This document shows, piece after piece, positions 28,707 to 38,282 of a DNA stretch of 64,000 nt. Made by a program: the position numbers and the translations under genes. Where the stretch lies: positions 256-64,255 of IMG/VR virus record IMGVR_UViG_3300021185_003494. The stretch is one strand, 5' to 3'. Below the pieces are notes generated by a model. The model was not told the DNA's origin. It was given only the letters and a program-made list of their open reading frames with translations, and ran no database searches. Each line of letters starts with the position of its first letter. Position 1 is the first letter of the stretch. The DNA is from a virus.

Positions 28707-31013
28707 ATGAACAAAAAAATAAATGTAGTTAAAAGGGACGGAAGTAAAGAAGAATTAGATCTAGAAAAAATGCACAATGTTGTATTTTATGCATGCGAAG
28801 GAATAACTGGTGTAAGTGCTAGTGAAGTAGAGATTCGTAGTCATTTGCAGTTTTATAATGGTATAGAAACAACAAATGTACAAGAAACTCTTATTAAAGC
28901 TGCCGCAGATCTGATTAGCGAAGATACTCCTAACTATCAATGGGTAGCAGGTCGTCTTGTTAACTACCACCTGCGTAAAAATGTATATGGTCAGTTTGAC
29001 CCTCTTCCACTTGCACAAGTAGCACGTAACAATGTGGATCTTGGATATTATGACGAGTGCTTTTTTTCTGTTTATACTGATGATGAAATTGAACAATTAG
29101 ATAGTTATATCAAACATGATAGAGACGAAAATATTTCATATGTTGGTATGGAACAATTTCGTGGAAAGTATCTAGTACAAAATCGTGTAACTGGTGATAT
29201 TTACGAAACTCCACAAATTGCTTATATGATGATTTCAGCAACATTGTTCCAAGACTATCCAAAAGAAACAAGAATGAAATATGTAAAGGATTTCTATGAT
29301 GCTAGTAGTAATTTTGATATTAGTTTGCCTACTCCTATTATGGCGGGATTACGTACACCGCAGAGGCAATTCAGCTCTTGTGTACTTATTGAAACTGATG
29401 ATAGCCTTGATAGTATTAACGCTAGTAGCTCATCTATTGTAAAGTATGTAAGCCAAAAAGCAGGCATTGGTATTGGTGCAGGTAGCATTCGTGCTATTGG
29501 TAGCCCTGTGCGTAATGGAGATACTGCACATACTGGTGTTATTCCTTTCTATAAAATGTTCCAAAGTGCAGTTAAATCATGTAGCCAAGGCGGTGTACGT
29601 GGTGGCGCCGCTACATTACATTTTCCTGTTTGGCACTACGAAGTAGAAGATATGATGGTGCTTAAAAACAATAAAGGCACAGAAGATAACCGTGTAAGAC
29701 ATATGGATTATAGCGTACAGTTTAATAAACTAATGTACGAGCGCCTACTTACAGGTGGGGATATTACATTAATGTCTCCTCATGACGTTCCAGGATTATA
29801 TGAGGCATTTTTTAACGATCAAGATAAATTTAAAGAACTTTACGAAACAGCAGAACGTAATACAAAGATTCGTAAAAAAACGATAAAAGCAAGTGAACTA
29901 TTTGGCTTGTTTATGGAAGAGCGTAAAAACACAGGCAGAATTTATTTACAAAATGTAGATCATGCAAATACGCATAGTAGCTTTAAAGAAGATATTGCTC
30001 CTATACACCAAAGTAATTTATGTCAAGAAATAGATCTTCCTACAAAACCTTTAAGTCATGTATTTGATGAAGAGGGCGAAATTAGCTTATGCACATTAGC
30101 AGCTATCAATTGGGGTAATATTAGACATACTAGCGATTTTGAAAGAGTTTGCGACCTTGCAGTACGTGCATTGGATCAATTATTAGACTACCAAAACTAT
30201 CCAATCATAGCGGCAGAACTTAGCACAATGAAACGTAGACCATTAGGTGTTGGTATTGTAAACTTTGCCTATTGGTTAGCAAAAAACGATATTACTTATC
30301 AGTATATCGATCAAGACGGATTAGCATTGGTAGATGAATGGGCAGAGGCTTGGTCATATTACTTAATCAAAGCAAGTGCAAATCTTGCAGTTGAAAAAGG
30401 TGCTATATCAGGTGTAAGCGAAACAAAATATGGAGATGGTATTACACCAAATCAAACATATAAACAAGATGTAGACGAACTCGTTCCTCATACTGAACGT
30501 ATGGATTGGGAAGGTCTACGAAAACAATTAAAAGAAACCGGAATTAGAAACAGTACATTAATGGCATTAATGCCTGCAGAAACTTCAGCACAGATTAGTA
30601 ACAGTACAAATGGTATTGAACCTCCACGTGCATTTGTAAGTGTAAAGCAAAGTAAACATGGTGTCCTGAAACAAGTTGTTCCTGGTTATCACAAGTATAA
30701 AAATAAGTATGATTTGCTTTGGGATCAGAGAAGTCCTGAAGGATATTTAAAGATTGTAGCCGTACTACAAAAATATATAGATCAGGGTATTAGTGTAAAC
30801 ACTAGCTACAACCCTGCATTTTATGAAGATGAAAAGATTCCAATGAGTACTATGTTGCAGCATTTGTTGCTGTTCTACAAGTATGGCGGCAAGCAACTTT
30901 ATTATTTTAATACCAATGATGGTCAAGGTGAGATTACCTTTGACGAGCAAAACCAAGACGAATTAGCACAGGGTCAAATTGATGACGACGGCTGTGATGC
31001 ATGCGTAATATAG
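28707..31013 (+). CDS. nrdA: Ribonucleotide reductase class Ia alpha subunit
   Basis: ATP cone VVKRDG, PTPIM, SSCVL, SNLCQEI, MPAETS, C-terminal CDAC. Confidence 0.97.
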   Translation: MNKKINVVKRDGSKEELDLEKMHNVVFYACEGITGVSASEVEIRSHLQFYNGIETTNVQETLIKAAADLISEDTPNYQWVAGRLVNYHLRKNVYGQFDPLPLAQVARNNVDLGYYDECFFSVYTDDEIEQLDSYIKHDRDENISYVGMEQFRGKYLVQNRVTGDIYETPQIAYMMISATLFQDYPKETRMKYVKDFYDASSNFDISLPTPIMAGLRTPQRQFSSCVLIETDDSLDSINASSSSIVKYVSQKAGIGIGAGSIRAIGSPVRNGDTAHTGVIPFYKMFQSAVKSCSQGGVRGGAATLHFPVWHYEVEDMMVLKNNKGTEDNRVRHMDYSVQFNKLMYERLLTGGDITLMSPHDVPGLYEAFFNDQDKFKELYETAERNTKIRKKTIKASELFGLFMEERKNTGRIYLQNVDHANTHSSFKEDIAPIHQSNLCQEIDLPTKPLSHVFDEEGEISLCTLAAINWGNIRHTSDFERVCDLAVRALDQLLDYQNYPIIAAELSTMKRRPLGVGIVNFAYWLAKNDITYQYIDQDGLALVDEWAEAWSYYLIKASANLAVEKGAISGVSETKYGDGITPNQTYKQDVDELVPHTERMDWEGLRKQLKETGIRNSTLMALMPAETSAQISNSTNGIEPPRAFVSVKQSKHGVLKQVVPGYHKYKNKYDLLWDQRSPEGYLKIVAVLQKYIDQGISVNTSYNPAFYEDEKIPMSTMLQHLLLFYKYGGKQLYYFNTNDGQGEITFDEQNQDELAQGQIDDDGCDACVI

Positions 31014-31023
31014 GAAAAACAAC

Positions 31024-32151
31024 ATGTCAGTATTAAACATAAAACAAGAAAAACATCATACACAAGCAAATGCATTTCTAGACGAGGGACTAGGCATGCA
31101 ACGATATGATGTATTGAAATATAAACAATATGATAAACTTACAGAGAAACAATTGGGTTTCTTTTGGCTTCCTCAAGAAGTAGATGTTAGTAAAGATAGT
31201 AAAGATTTTAAAAATCTTACAGAACATGAACAGCATATCTTTACAAGCAATCTAAAAAGACAAATTTTACTTGATAGTGTTCAAGGCCGTAGTCCTAACT
31301 TAGCATTACTTCCTATTACAACATTGCCAGAACTAGAAACTTGGATCGAAACATGGGCATTTAGTGAAACAATTCACTCACGCAGTTACACACATATTAT
31401 CCGTAACGTGTATAATGATCCTAGCAAAGTTTTTGATACGCTAATGGACAGTAAGGAAATTACAGATTGTGCAGATTCTATCAGCAAATATTATGACGAT
31501 TTAATTGAATATAGTCAATATGTTGAATTACTTGGTTATGGTAAGCACACAGTTAATGGAAAGAAAGTAGAACTAAATGAATATGATCATAAGCGTAAAA
31601 TCTGGATGTGTCTAAATAGCGTTAATGTATTAGAAGGTATTCGATTTTATGTTAGCTTTGCATGTAGTTGGGCTTTTGCTGAACTTAAAAAGATGGAAGG
31701 TAACGCAAAAATTATCAAATTTATTGCACGTGATGAAAATGTGCATCTTGCATCAACACAGTATACATTAACAAAAGTTCTACCTAAGGAAGATCCAATG
31801 TTTGCACAAATTGCAAAAGACTGTGAACAGGATATTACTGATATGTTTGTTGAAGCTGTAGAGCAAGAAAAAGAATGGGCACAATATTTGTTTAAAGATG
31901 GTTCTATGATTGGTTTAAATACAGAGCTATTACATAGGTATATTGAATGGATCTGTTGTAAGCGTATGACATCCTTAGGTCTTAAATGTCCATATACAAC
32001 AACACAAGCAAACCCACTACCATGGACACAAAAATGGATTAGTGGATCAGATGTACAAGTGGCACCGCAAGAAACAGAAATTAGTTCTTATGTCCAAGGC
32101 GGTGTAAAACAAGACGTATCAGAAGATACTTTTAAAGGATTTAGTTTATGA
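31024..32151 (+). CDS. nrdB: Ribonucleotide reductase class Ia beta subunit
   Basis: FFWLPQE, LDSVQ, ETIHSRSY, LEGIRF, RDENVH. Confidence 0.97.
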   Translation: MSVLNIKQEKHHTQANAFLDEGLGMQRYDVLKYKQYDKLTEKQLGFFWLPQEVDVSKDSKDFKNLTEHEQHIFTSNLKRQILLDSVQGRSPNLALLPITTLPELETWIETWAFSETIHSRSYTHIIRNVYNDPSKVFDTLMDSKEITDCADSISKYYDDLIEYSQYVELLGYGKHTVNGKKVELNEYDHKRKIWMCLNSVNVLEGIRFYVSFACSWAFAELKKMEGNAKIIKFIARDENVHLASTQYTLTKVLPKEDPMFAQIAKDCEQDITDMFVEAVEQEKEWAQYLFKDGSMIGLNTELLHRYIEWICCKRMTSLGLKCPYTTTQANPLPWTQKWISGSDVQVAPQETEISSYVQGGVKQDVSEDTFKGFSL

Positions 32152-32405
32152 CAAGCGTAACAGTTTATAGCAAACAGCATTGTCCTCATTGCGTAAAAGC
32201 AAAGGCTTTGCTCGAAAAAATGAATATTGAGTTTGAAGCAAAAATGCTCGATGAAGACTTTACAAGAGAAGATTTAATGGAAGTTGCTCCAACAGCTCGA
32301 ACATTTCCACAAGTGTTTATCAATGGAAATAATATTGGTGGGTATGAGCAACTTCTTACCTATATTGAAACAACAAATTTTAACGGAACAGGATTTACCT
32401 TATGA
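32148..32405 (+). CDS. grx: Glutaredoxin
   Basis: CPHC, TFPQVFI, IGGY. Confidence 0.93.
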   Translation: MTSVTVYSKQHCPHCVKAKALLEKMNIEFEAKMLDEDFTREDLMEVAPTARTFPQVFINGNNIGGYEQLLTYIETTNFNGTGFTL

Positions 32406-32695
32406 TTATTGAAAAGCCTTATGAAGTAGGCGATGTGATTAGTATTAAATTAACAAGCGGCGAAGAAGTAATTGCTCGACTGGAGAAAAAAGGAACGTCA
32501 TCTATGACGATTAAAAAACCAATGATGTTAGTATCTGGCGATGGCGGCGGAGTTGGACTTGCACCCTTTATGTTTACTACTGATCCAACGTCTAGTTATA
32601 AAGTGCAAATAAATAGTGTTATGGTTACAGTTAGAACTGCAAAAGATGCAGCAGACATGTATACCAAAGCAACAACAGGAATTGTAACAGTTTAA
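32402..32695 (+). CDS. Conserved hypothetical (Sm-like) protein
   Basis: IKLTSGEEVIARL beta pattern. Confidence 0.55.
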   Translation: MIIEKPYEVGDVISIKLTSGEEVIARLEKKGTSSMTIKKPMMLVSGDGGGVGLAPFMFTTDPTSSYKVQINSVMVTVRTAKDAADMYTKATTGIVTV

Positions 32696-33606
32696 TGCCA
32701 GGCATATGTCGCGATAACGATGCAGCAGGAGGCGACTTAATTCCAAGTCAGTCAACTGTATTTGCAAATAATGAAGAAGTTATAGTGAATGGCGACAATG
32801 TGGCTGGGCATGGACTAAGCCCCCATAGCAGTCCTACAATGATAGCAGGATCAGCAAATGTTTTTGTTGGTAATATTGCAGTATGTAATGCAGGAGACAA
32901 TGCAACTTGCGGGCATTCAGCTTCTGGAAGTGGTAATGTATTTGTGGGCGATGTTGCTGTCACTATTAATACTAATGTGTTTAGTAGGCCTGTTTTTATT
33001 AGTCCAGAAGAACAAGTAGAGATCCAAGATTGGACTGATCCTACGCAAGAAGGTTTGGAGTACGGGGACGGAGGTATATCTTCGTCTAGACGTAACAATA
33101 TAAGTCCAGTGACACAAGAAGCAGGCCCTATTCCAGCACCAGCTTCAGATACAGGAGATGGTGTAGAAGAAACAGCTAGTGAACAACCTAGCAACGAGGA
33201 CGGCCAATATATTATATGGTTATCTCATGTAGACACTAGAGTTAAGCCGCAGGTTGTATCTAATTTAGAAAATTTAAGCCAAACTGTAGGATATGCACTT
33301 ACAGTAACAAGTGGCTATAGAAGCCCAGAATATAATTCAAGTGTTGGTGGAGCAAAGAAAAGCCAACACATGCAAGGTAATGCAGTTGATATTGTACAAA
33401 CCGGCCTTACACAACAGCAACGCCAAGAATTTATTCAAGCAGCAATTGATAGTGGATTTACAGCCATAGGAATATATAATACATTTACGCATATTGATAT
33501 TCGTGGATCCAAAGTAGCATGGGGCTCTAATGGTAGTAGAACTGGACTACCTAAATATCCTTGGGCGCAACAAGTGCTTGGTAATAACGGATATGCAACC
33601 AGCTAA
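32695..33606 (+). CDS. PAAR-like spike-tip domain fused to M15 peptidoglycan peptidase
   Basis: N-terminal PAAR-like repeats with C/H ligands; C-terminal SGYRS, SQHMQGNAVD, THIDIR. Confidence 0.8.
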   Translation: MPGICRDNDAAGGDLIPSQSTVFANNEEVIVNGDNVAGHGLSPHSSPTMIAGSANVFVGNIAVCNAGDNATCGHSASGSGNVFVGDVAVTINTNVFSRPVFISPEEQVEIQDWTDPTQEGLEYGDGGISSSRRNNISPVTQEAGPIPAPASDTGDGVEETASEQPSNEDGQYIIWLSHVDTRVKPQVVSNLENLSQTVGYALTVTSGYRSPEYNSSVGGAKKSQHMQGNAVDIVQTGLTQQQRQEFIQAAIDSGFTAIGIYNTFTHIDIRGSKVAWGSNGSRTGLPKYPWAQQVLGNNGYATS

Positions 33607-33635
33607 AAAAAATTAAAAAAAGTAACCTTTTTTAC

Positions 33636-33664
33636 TTGACACCTAAGTGTCTTACTGTTATATT
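33636..33664 (+). promoter_or_regulatory. Sigma70-type early promoter
   Basis: TTGACA-17-TATATT. Confidence 0.75.
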
Positions 33665-33700
33665 AGTAGTGTAATTAAAAGAAGATGGAGTTTAAATCAA

Positions 33701-33988
33701 ATGCGAGCTACTCAATACGCTGACGGTGTTAAGCGTATCAATGCAAAAATAGAAGTGCCTTTAAGTGCTACTGATGTAGGAGATTATATTCTGTGTGCAA
33801 TAAAGCACCAAAATATTAATCTAAATAAGGTACAACAACTTAATAAAAGACAACTATTTCAACTTGCAAAAGATGAGATACTGGTACTAGGCACAGGTAG
33901 CCCTACTGAAGCTGTCTTTGATGTAGATAGTGAAACTAAAATTATTGTACGCAACTATGTGAAACAAATGTTTCCAGAACTTTCATAG
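33701..33988 (+). CDS. Hypothetical early protein
   Basis: ATG downstream of promoter with GGAG SD; start moved from 33647. Confidence 0.55.
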   Translation: MRATQYADGVKRINAKIEVPLSATDVGDYILCAIKHQNINLNKVQQLNKRQLFQLAKDEILVLGTGSPTEAVFDVDSETKIIVRNYVKQMFPELS

Positions 33989-33997
33989 GAGAAAGAA

Positions 33998-34531
33998 ATG
34001 AAAAAATTATTTTTATCAGCCCTTACTGCAACAATCATGCTAACAAGCTCATTCGCTGTAGCAGGTACAACAGTTATCCAGAGAGAAGGATTTGTTATTA
34101 AAAGTGCACCTATTTACAGCAATGATGTATCAAGTGTTCCTAAACAGACCTGTAGAACTGTTGATGTTCCAATTTATGGCCAAACGCAACGTAGTGGTGC
34201 TAGTGGTGCTGACGTTCTTGGTGGAATGATTATTGGTGGACTATTAGGAAAAGGTATTACTGGCAAAGATAATGGAGCCGCTGCTGGCGCAGTATTAGGC
34301 GGAATTATCAGTGCAGACAAAGGTAAGTCAAAGAGAGTTATTGTTGGATACCAACAGCAACAACAATGTTCTACAGAGTATGTACAATCAAACACACGTA
34401 GAATTGACGGTTACCTTACAGTGGTTGAAGTACCTTCTTTAGACTACTACCGATATGAGTTTGTAAGCCAAAAGCAATATCGTAATAATGAAAAAGTTAT
34501 GTCAAGCATTAGAGTTAATGTAGGACAATGA
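33998..34531 (+). CDS. Secreted glycine-zipper protein
   Basis: Signal peptide; GGMIIGGLLG...GAAAGAVLGG. Confidence 0.75.
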   Translation: MKKLFLSALTATIMLTSSFAVAGTTVIQREGFVIKSAPIYSNDVSSVPKQTCRTVDVPIYGQTQRSGASGADVLGGMIIGGLLGKGITGKDNGAAAGAVLGGIISADKGKSKRVIVGYQQQQQCSTEYVQSNTRRIDGYLTVVEVPSLDYYRYEFVSQKQYRNNEKVMSSIRVNVGQ

Positions 34532-34551
34532 TAAATAAAACAGTATATAAC

Positions 34552-34627
34552 GCTCCTATAGCTCAGTTGGTAGAGCAACTGATTTGTAATCAGTAGGTCC
34601 GCGGTTCAAGTCCGTGTGGGAGCACCA
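34552..34627 (+). tRNA. tRNA-Thr(TGT)
   Basis: Cloverleaf folded by hand; loop TTTGTAA; encoded CCA. Confidence 0.95.
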
Positions 34628-34632
34628 TTAAT

Positions 34633-34717
34633 GCGCCTGTGGTGAAATTGGTAGACACGCTAGATTTAGGTTCTAGTGCTTTACGGCGTGGGGGTTCAAG
34701 TCCCTCCAGGCGCACCA
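34633..34717 (+). tRNA. tRNA-Leu(TAG)
   Basis: Cloverleaf, long variable arm, loop TTTAGGT, CCA. Confidence 0.95.
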
Positions 34718-34906
34718 AGATAGGGTTGTTACTTAATAAACACGCATAGGGCCACGGTTAGCCTTATAGGACATAAAAAGACGATAAAACTAATATAGAA
34801 ACACCTCTATTTCCAATTTGGAAATTTGTGAAGATAAAAACGGACAGTGTAGAGGCACACAACTAGGAAAACATATAGAGAATATTATAAGTATATAGGA
34901 TAATAA

Positions 34907-35107
34907 ATGAGACAACAATTACTAGAAGCATTACGAAGCCATGCAGATGGCCAAATAGCAAAACACAAGGCAAATGTCGAAGTGTATTTGCATCAAGTGG
35001 TTGGTATAGGAGAACATAGTGATATCGTAACAACACTTGAACTTGAAATAGAACAGATTGCAAAGTACGAAGAACAACTACAAGTACTTGATAAATATTT
35101 CAAGTAA
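34907..35107 (+). CDS. Small conserved hypothetical protein
   Basis: AGGA SD; GIGEHSDIV motif. Confidence 0.65.
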   Translation: MRQQLLEALRSHADGQIAKHKANVEVYLHQVVGIGEHSDIVTTLELEIEQIAKYEEQLQVLDKYFK

Positions 35108-35113
35108 CAGTTT

Positions 35114-35189
35114 GGGGCCTTAGCTCAGCTGGGAGAGCGCCTGCTTTGCAAGCAGGAGGTCAGGAGTTCGATCCTCCTAGGCTCCACCA
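35114..35189 (+). tRNA. tRNA-Ala(TGC)
   Basis: Cloverleaf, G3-U70, loop TTTGCAA, CCA. Confidence 0.95.
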
Positions 35190-35197
35190 AACTTTTT

Positions 35198-35229
35198 AAA
35201 CCCTTAACTAACTTAGTTGAGGGTTTTTT
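35198..35229 (+). terminator. Terminator-like hairpin within tRNA cluster
   Basis: aaacccttaacta/tagttgagggttt plus T-run. Confidence 0.65.
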
Positions 35230-35239
35230 GGGTGAAAGA

Positions 35240-35315
35240 TCCCTGTTAGCTCAGTTGGTAGAGCAATTGACTGTTAATCAATTTGTCGCTGGTTCGAGCC
35301 CAGCACAGGGAGCCA
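35240..35315 (+). tRNA. tRNA-Asn(GTT)
   Basis: Cloverleaf, loop CTGTTAA, CCA. Confidence 0.95.
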
Positions 35316-35324
35316 AACGCGAAA

Positions 35325-35412
35325 GGAGAGGTGGTAGAGTGGTCGATTACGTTGGTCTTGAAAACCAATGAACAGCAATGTTCCGTGGGTTCGAATCCCA
35401 CCCTCTCCGCCA
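35325..35412 (+). tRNA. tRNA-Ser(TGA)
   Basis: Cloverleaf, long variable arm, G73, loop CTTGAAA. Confidence 0.95.
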
Positions 35413-35420
35413 TATACATT

Positions 35421-35855
35421 ATGAAAGTTTTTATTACTATATTATCAATTGTATTTGCAAGTATGGTGCATGCAAAAGAAGTTGAAATGAAATATTATGA
35501 TTTTGAAGTTGTTAGGATTATCGACGGAGACACTGTCGTATTCAATGCAGATTTTTTGCCAGCACCTTTAAAGCAACAGTTAAGTATAAGAGTATATGGA
35601 GTAGACACTCCTGAAAAAAGTTGGAGAGCTGAATGTAATAGCGAAGCAACTCGTGGAGAACAAGCCTCTAAATTTACTACTAAACTTATTGATTCAGCTA
35701 AAGAAATCAAGGTTGGAATCTACAAGTGGGATAAATTTGGTGGCAGAGTATTAGGTGACATATTGATAGACGGAAAGAGTCTAAGAAAGCAATTAATTAA
35801 AAAAGGCTTTGCCAGAGAATATTACGGTGATAAAAAAGAATCATGGTGTAATTGA
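35421..35855 (+). CDS. Thermonuclease/SNase-family secreted nuclease
   Basis: Signal peptide; IIDGDT, IRVYGVDTPE, DKFGGRVLG. The track's 5' extension (35283) overlaps two tRNAs and is rejected. Confidence 0.85.
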   Translation: MKVFITILSIVFASMVHAKEVEMKYYDFEVVRIIDGDTVVFNADFLPAPLKQQLSIRVYGVDTPEKSWRAECNSEATRGEQASKFTTKLIDSAKEIKVGIYKWDKFGGRVLGDILIDGKSLRKQLIKKGFAREYYGDKKESWCN

Positions 35856-36079
35856 TGTTTACTGTAGAGTTTAATTTTGATAACACTGAACTACGTGTAT
35901 TGGACGATACAGGAAGACATGAAGAAATTATTATTAGCTTCATGGAAGACAGTGTAAAAGTAGAACAGTACAACGCTAAAAGTGATTTATATACAAACGT
36001 ATTGATGTCACCAGAACAATGGGACGAAATTTTAAGTGCCATGCAAAGTACTGAAGGAGCATTTATTAAGCGGGCGTAG
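35852..36079 (+). CDS. Hypothetical protein
   Basis: Coupled ORF; last 10 nt overlap tRNA-Gly. Confidence 0.55.
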   Translation: MMFTVEFNFDNTELRVLDDTGRHEEIIISFMEDSVKVEQYNAKSDLYTNVLMSPEQWDEILSAMQSTEGAFIKRA

Positions 36080-36144
36080 CTCAGTGGTAGAGCCTTTCGT
36101 TGCCAACGAAACTGTCGTGAGTTCGAATCTCATCGCCCGCTCCA
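36070..36144 (+). tRNA. tRNA-Gly(GCC)
   Basis: Cloverleaf, loop TTGCCAA, U73, CCA. Confidence 0.95.
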
Positions 36145-36148
36145 ATAT

Positions 36149-36225
36149 AGAGACATAGCTCAGTTGGTTAGAGCATTCGCCTGATAAGCGAAAGGTCGGT
36201 GGTTCGAGTCCACTTGTCTCTACCA
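36149..36225 (+). tRNA. tRNA-Ile(GAT)
   Basis: Cloverleaf, loop CTGATAA, CCA. Confidence 0.95.
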
Positions 36226-36247
36226 CGTGACAATAAATTACAACTAC

Positions 36248-36324
36248 GCGGTTGTAGCTCAGTTGGTTAGAGTATCGGCCTGTCACGCCGAGGGTCGCGG
36301 GTTCGAGTCCCGTCAACCGCGCCA
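36248..36324 (+). tRNA. tRNA-Asp(GTC)
   Basis: Cloverleaf, loop CTGTCAC, G73, CCA. Confidence 0.95.
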
Positions 36325-36342
36325 AATAACAAAAGGTAAAAT

Positions 36343-37368
36343 ATGAATATTGAATTATTAAAAAACTTATGTGAAACGCCAGGCATTGCTGGTAGTGAAG
36401 AAAATTTACGAAATCTTATCTTAGATGAAATTAAAGACTTGCCGTGTGATCATGAAATTGATCCTATGGGTAATTTAATTGTGCATTGTAGGGGAGCAGG
36501 ATTAAACGGACCAAAAGTAGAGCTACTTTGTCATATGGACGAAATTGGATTTATTGTAAATTATATTAATGACGATGGATTTATACACGTTCAACCACTA
36601 GGGGGATTTGACGCAAGAAATTTATTCTCTCGCAGGGTACTAGTATGTACAGATAATGGCAATTACAAAGGTGTAATGAATCCTGCAGGATTGCCTGTGC
36701 ATCTTGCAAAGCCAGAAGATAGAAAAAAAGTACCCAATCCAGATGAATTTATGATTGATATTGGTATGGGCAAAGATACCAAGGATGTTATTGAAATTGG
36801 AGACTACGTGGTCATGGACGAGCCGTTTCTAGAATTGGGAGAACATAGAGTTGTTAGTAAAGCACTAGATAATAGAATTGCATGTTGGTTAGGTATTGAA
36901 GCATTACGTAACTTTAATGGACATACTGATCTTTACGTTGTATTCACAGTACAAGAAGAAGTAGGCCTGCGTGGTGCTAAAACAGCATCTTATAATGTAA
37001 AACCTGATATTACAATTGGTTTGGATGTAACACTTGCTTGTGACACACCAGGAGTACCAGGAAACAAAACTACTAGTAAACTAGGCGAAGGATTTTGTTT
37101 AGGTATTAGAGATGCAAGTATGATATCAGATAAAGAATTAGTAAAGACAATTGTAGCAATTGCCAAAGAAAAAGATATTCCAATGCAACGGGTAGCCTCT
37201 GGTGGAGGCGGACAAGATGCCGCAGGAGGCCAACAAATAGCAGGAGGATCTAGAGCTATTAATCTAGCTGTAGGCACTAGATATATTCATACTGTTACTG
37301 AAATGGCGGACAAGCGAGATTTGCAGGCTACTAAGGATATTTTACTAGCCTATCTCCATACCCTTTAA
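36343..37368 (+). CDS. M42 family metallo-aminopeptidase
   Basis: HMDEIG, KALDNR, QEEVGLRGA, IGLDV, RYIHT. Confidence 0.9.
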   Translation: MNIELLKNLCETPGIAGSEENLRNLILDEIKDLPCDHEIDPMGNLIVHCRGAGLNGPKVELLCHMDEIGFIVNYINDDGFIHVQPLGGFDARNLFSRRVLVCTDNGNYKGVMNPAGLPVHLAKPEDRKKVPNPDEFMIDIGMGKDTKDVIEIGDYVVMDEPFLELGEHRVVSKALDNRIACWLGIEALRNFNGHTDLYVVFTVQEEVGLRGAKTASYNVKPDITIGLDVTLACDTPGVPGNKTTSKLGEGFCLGIRDASMISDKELVKTIVAIAKEKDIPMQRVASGGGGQDAAGGQQIAGGSRAINLAVGTRYIHTVTEMADKRDLQATKDILLAYLHTL

Positions 37369-37740
37369 TATTTCCATAATATCTAAAACATCACTAGGCT
37401 TGGCATAGTAATCTGTGTCAAGCCATTCCTTTTTTGGAGTAATATATGGACAGTCATAACTATGATCTCCATTACCTGGCTCAAAAGTACAATAATTATG
37501 CACACGTGCAATTACAGGCAAATGTGTAATTCCAAGTTTAGGCGCCAAGTATATCCTATGATTGCCTGTATCTAACCTAACCTTTCTACTCCACACACCA
37601 ACACCTAGAATTATAGGGTCTACAATTCCATTCTGCATTATATCTTCCATAAGTGCTAAATCATCATTAGGACTATAGGCATTATTTCTATATGGGAATA
37701 AAATGCTAACATGCATTTTTTGTATTAAGTTGCGATCCAT
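37345..37740 (-). CDS. ParB/Srx-like N-terminal domain protein
   Basis: DIMQNGIVDPIIL...LDTGNHR. Confidence 0.65.
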   Translation of the reverse strand: MDRNLIQKMHVSILFPYRNNAYSPNDDLALMEDIMQNGIVDPIILGVGVWSRKVRLDTGNHRIYLAPKLGITHLPVIARVHNYCTFEPGNGDHSYDCPYITPKKEWLDTDYYAKPSDVLDIMEILKGMEIG

Positions 37741-38282
37741 CTTTGTAAAAAACTTTTTCTTTCATAATTGCGTTGCTCGACTCTGTGCCAAGATTTGTCA
37801 TTCGTTAAAAATATTGTACAGCTATTTGTAATTAGTGGAAGTTCTATTACATCTGTTTCACTGTTACTCATTACGATTGTGCCGCCATCTTTATATGATT
37901 TAGGCTGTAAGAATACCTGTAGTGTCATTATAAACTCGCCTTTGTCTCTATGGGGAGGTTGTAATGTATTTTTGTCTGTATCGTCTTTGAAAGATTGTTT
38001 GGTAATATACTCTCCAGGAAAATAATCAAATATTTCGAATAGAGATTGTGTAAATGTATCTCCTTTCAATATATTCATTTCATTATTAGGCTTTTTGACT
38101 GTAAACCAACTACTTTCTTCGTCAAATAAATCTTCCCAATCTAAACTTTCATGCATTGCGAGAAATTTTTCCAAAACAGGTTCAGGAAAGAAGTCATTAA
38201 TAACTATATACTTCCAAGGGTCAGTTACTAATTTCGCATTGGTAATTTTATTTGTAATATGTTCTAAAAAATCAGACATCAA
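37725..38282 (-). CDS. 2OG-Fe(II) oxygenase
   Basis: DPWKYIVINDFFP, PPHRD (HxD), WHRV, RKS. Confidence 0.8.
   Translation of the reverse strand: MMSDFLEHITNKITNAKLVTDPWKYIVINDFFPEPVLEKFLAMHESLDWEDLFDEESSWFTVKKPNNEMNILKGDTFTQSLFEIFDYFPGEYITKQSFKDDTDKNTLQPPHRDKGEFIMTLQVFLQPKSYKDGGTIVMSNSETDVIELPLITNSCTIFLTNDKSWHRVEQRNYERKSFLQRWIAT

Noticed and set aside
28707-32151. Introns, inteins or homing endonucleases in nrdA, nrdB or terL
   Set aside because: ORFs are uninterrupted and of normal length; no HNH, GIY-YIG or LAGLIDADG motifs were recognised.
34741-34775. Pistol ribozyme (AGGGCCACG match)
   Set aside because: The complementary CGTGG P1 strand and downstream conserved elements are missing.
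36032-36325. 97-aa minus-strand ORF and other antisense ORFs (for example 24612-25232, 4630-4989, 38606-39205, 47904-48464)
   Set aside because: Shadows of tRNAs or well-supported opposite-strand genes, with no motifs or expression signals.
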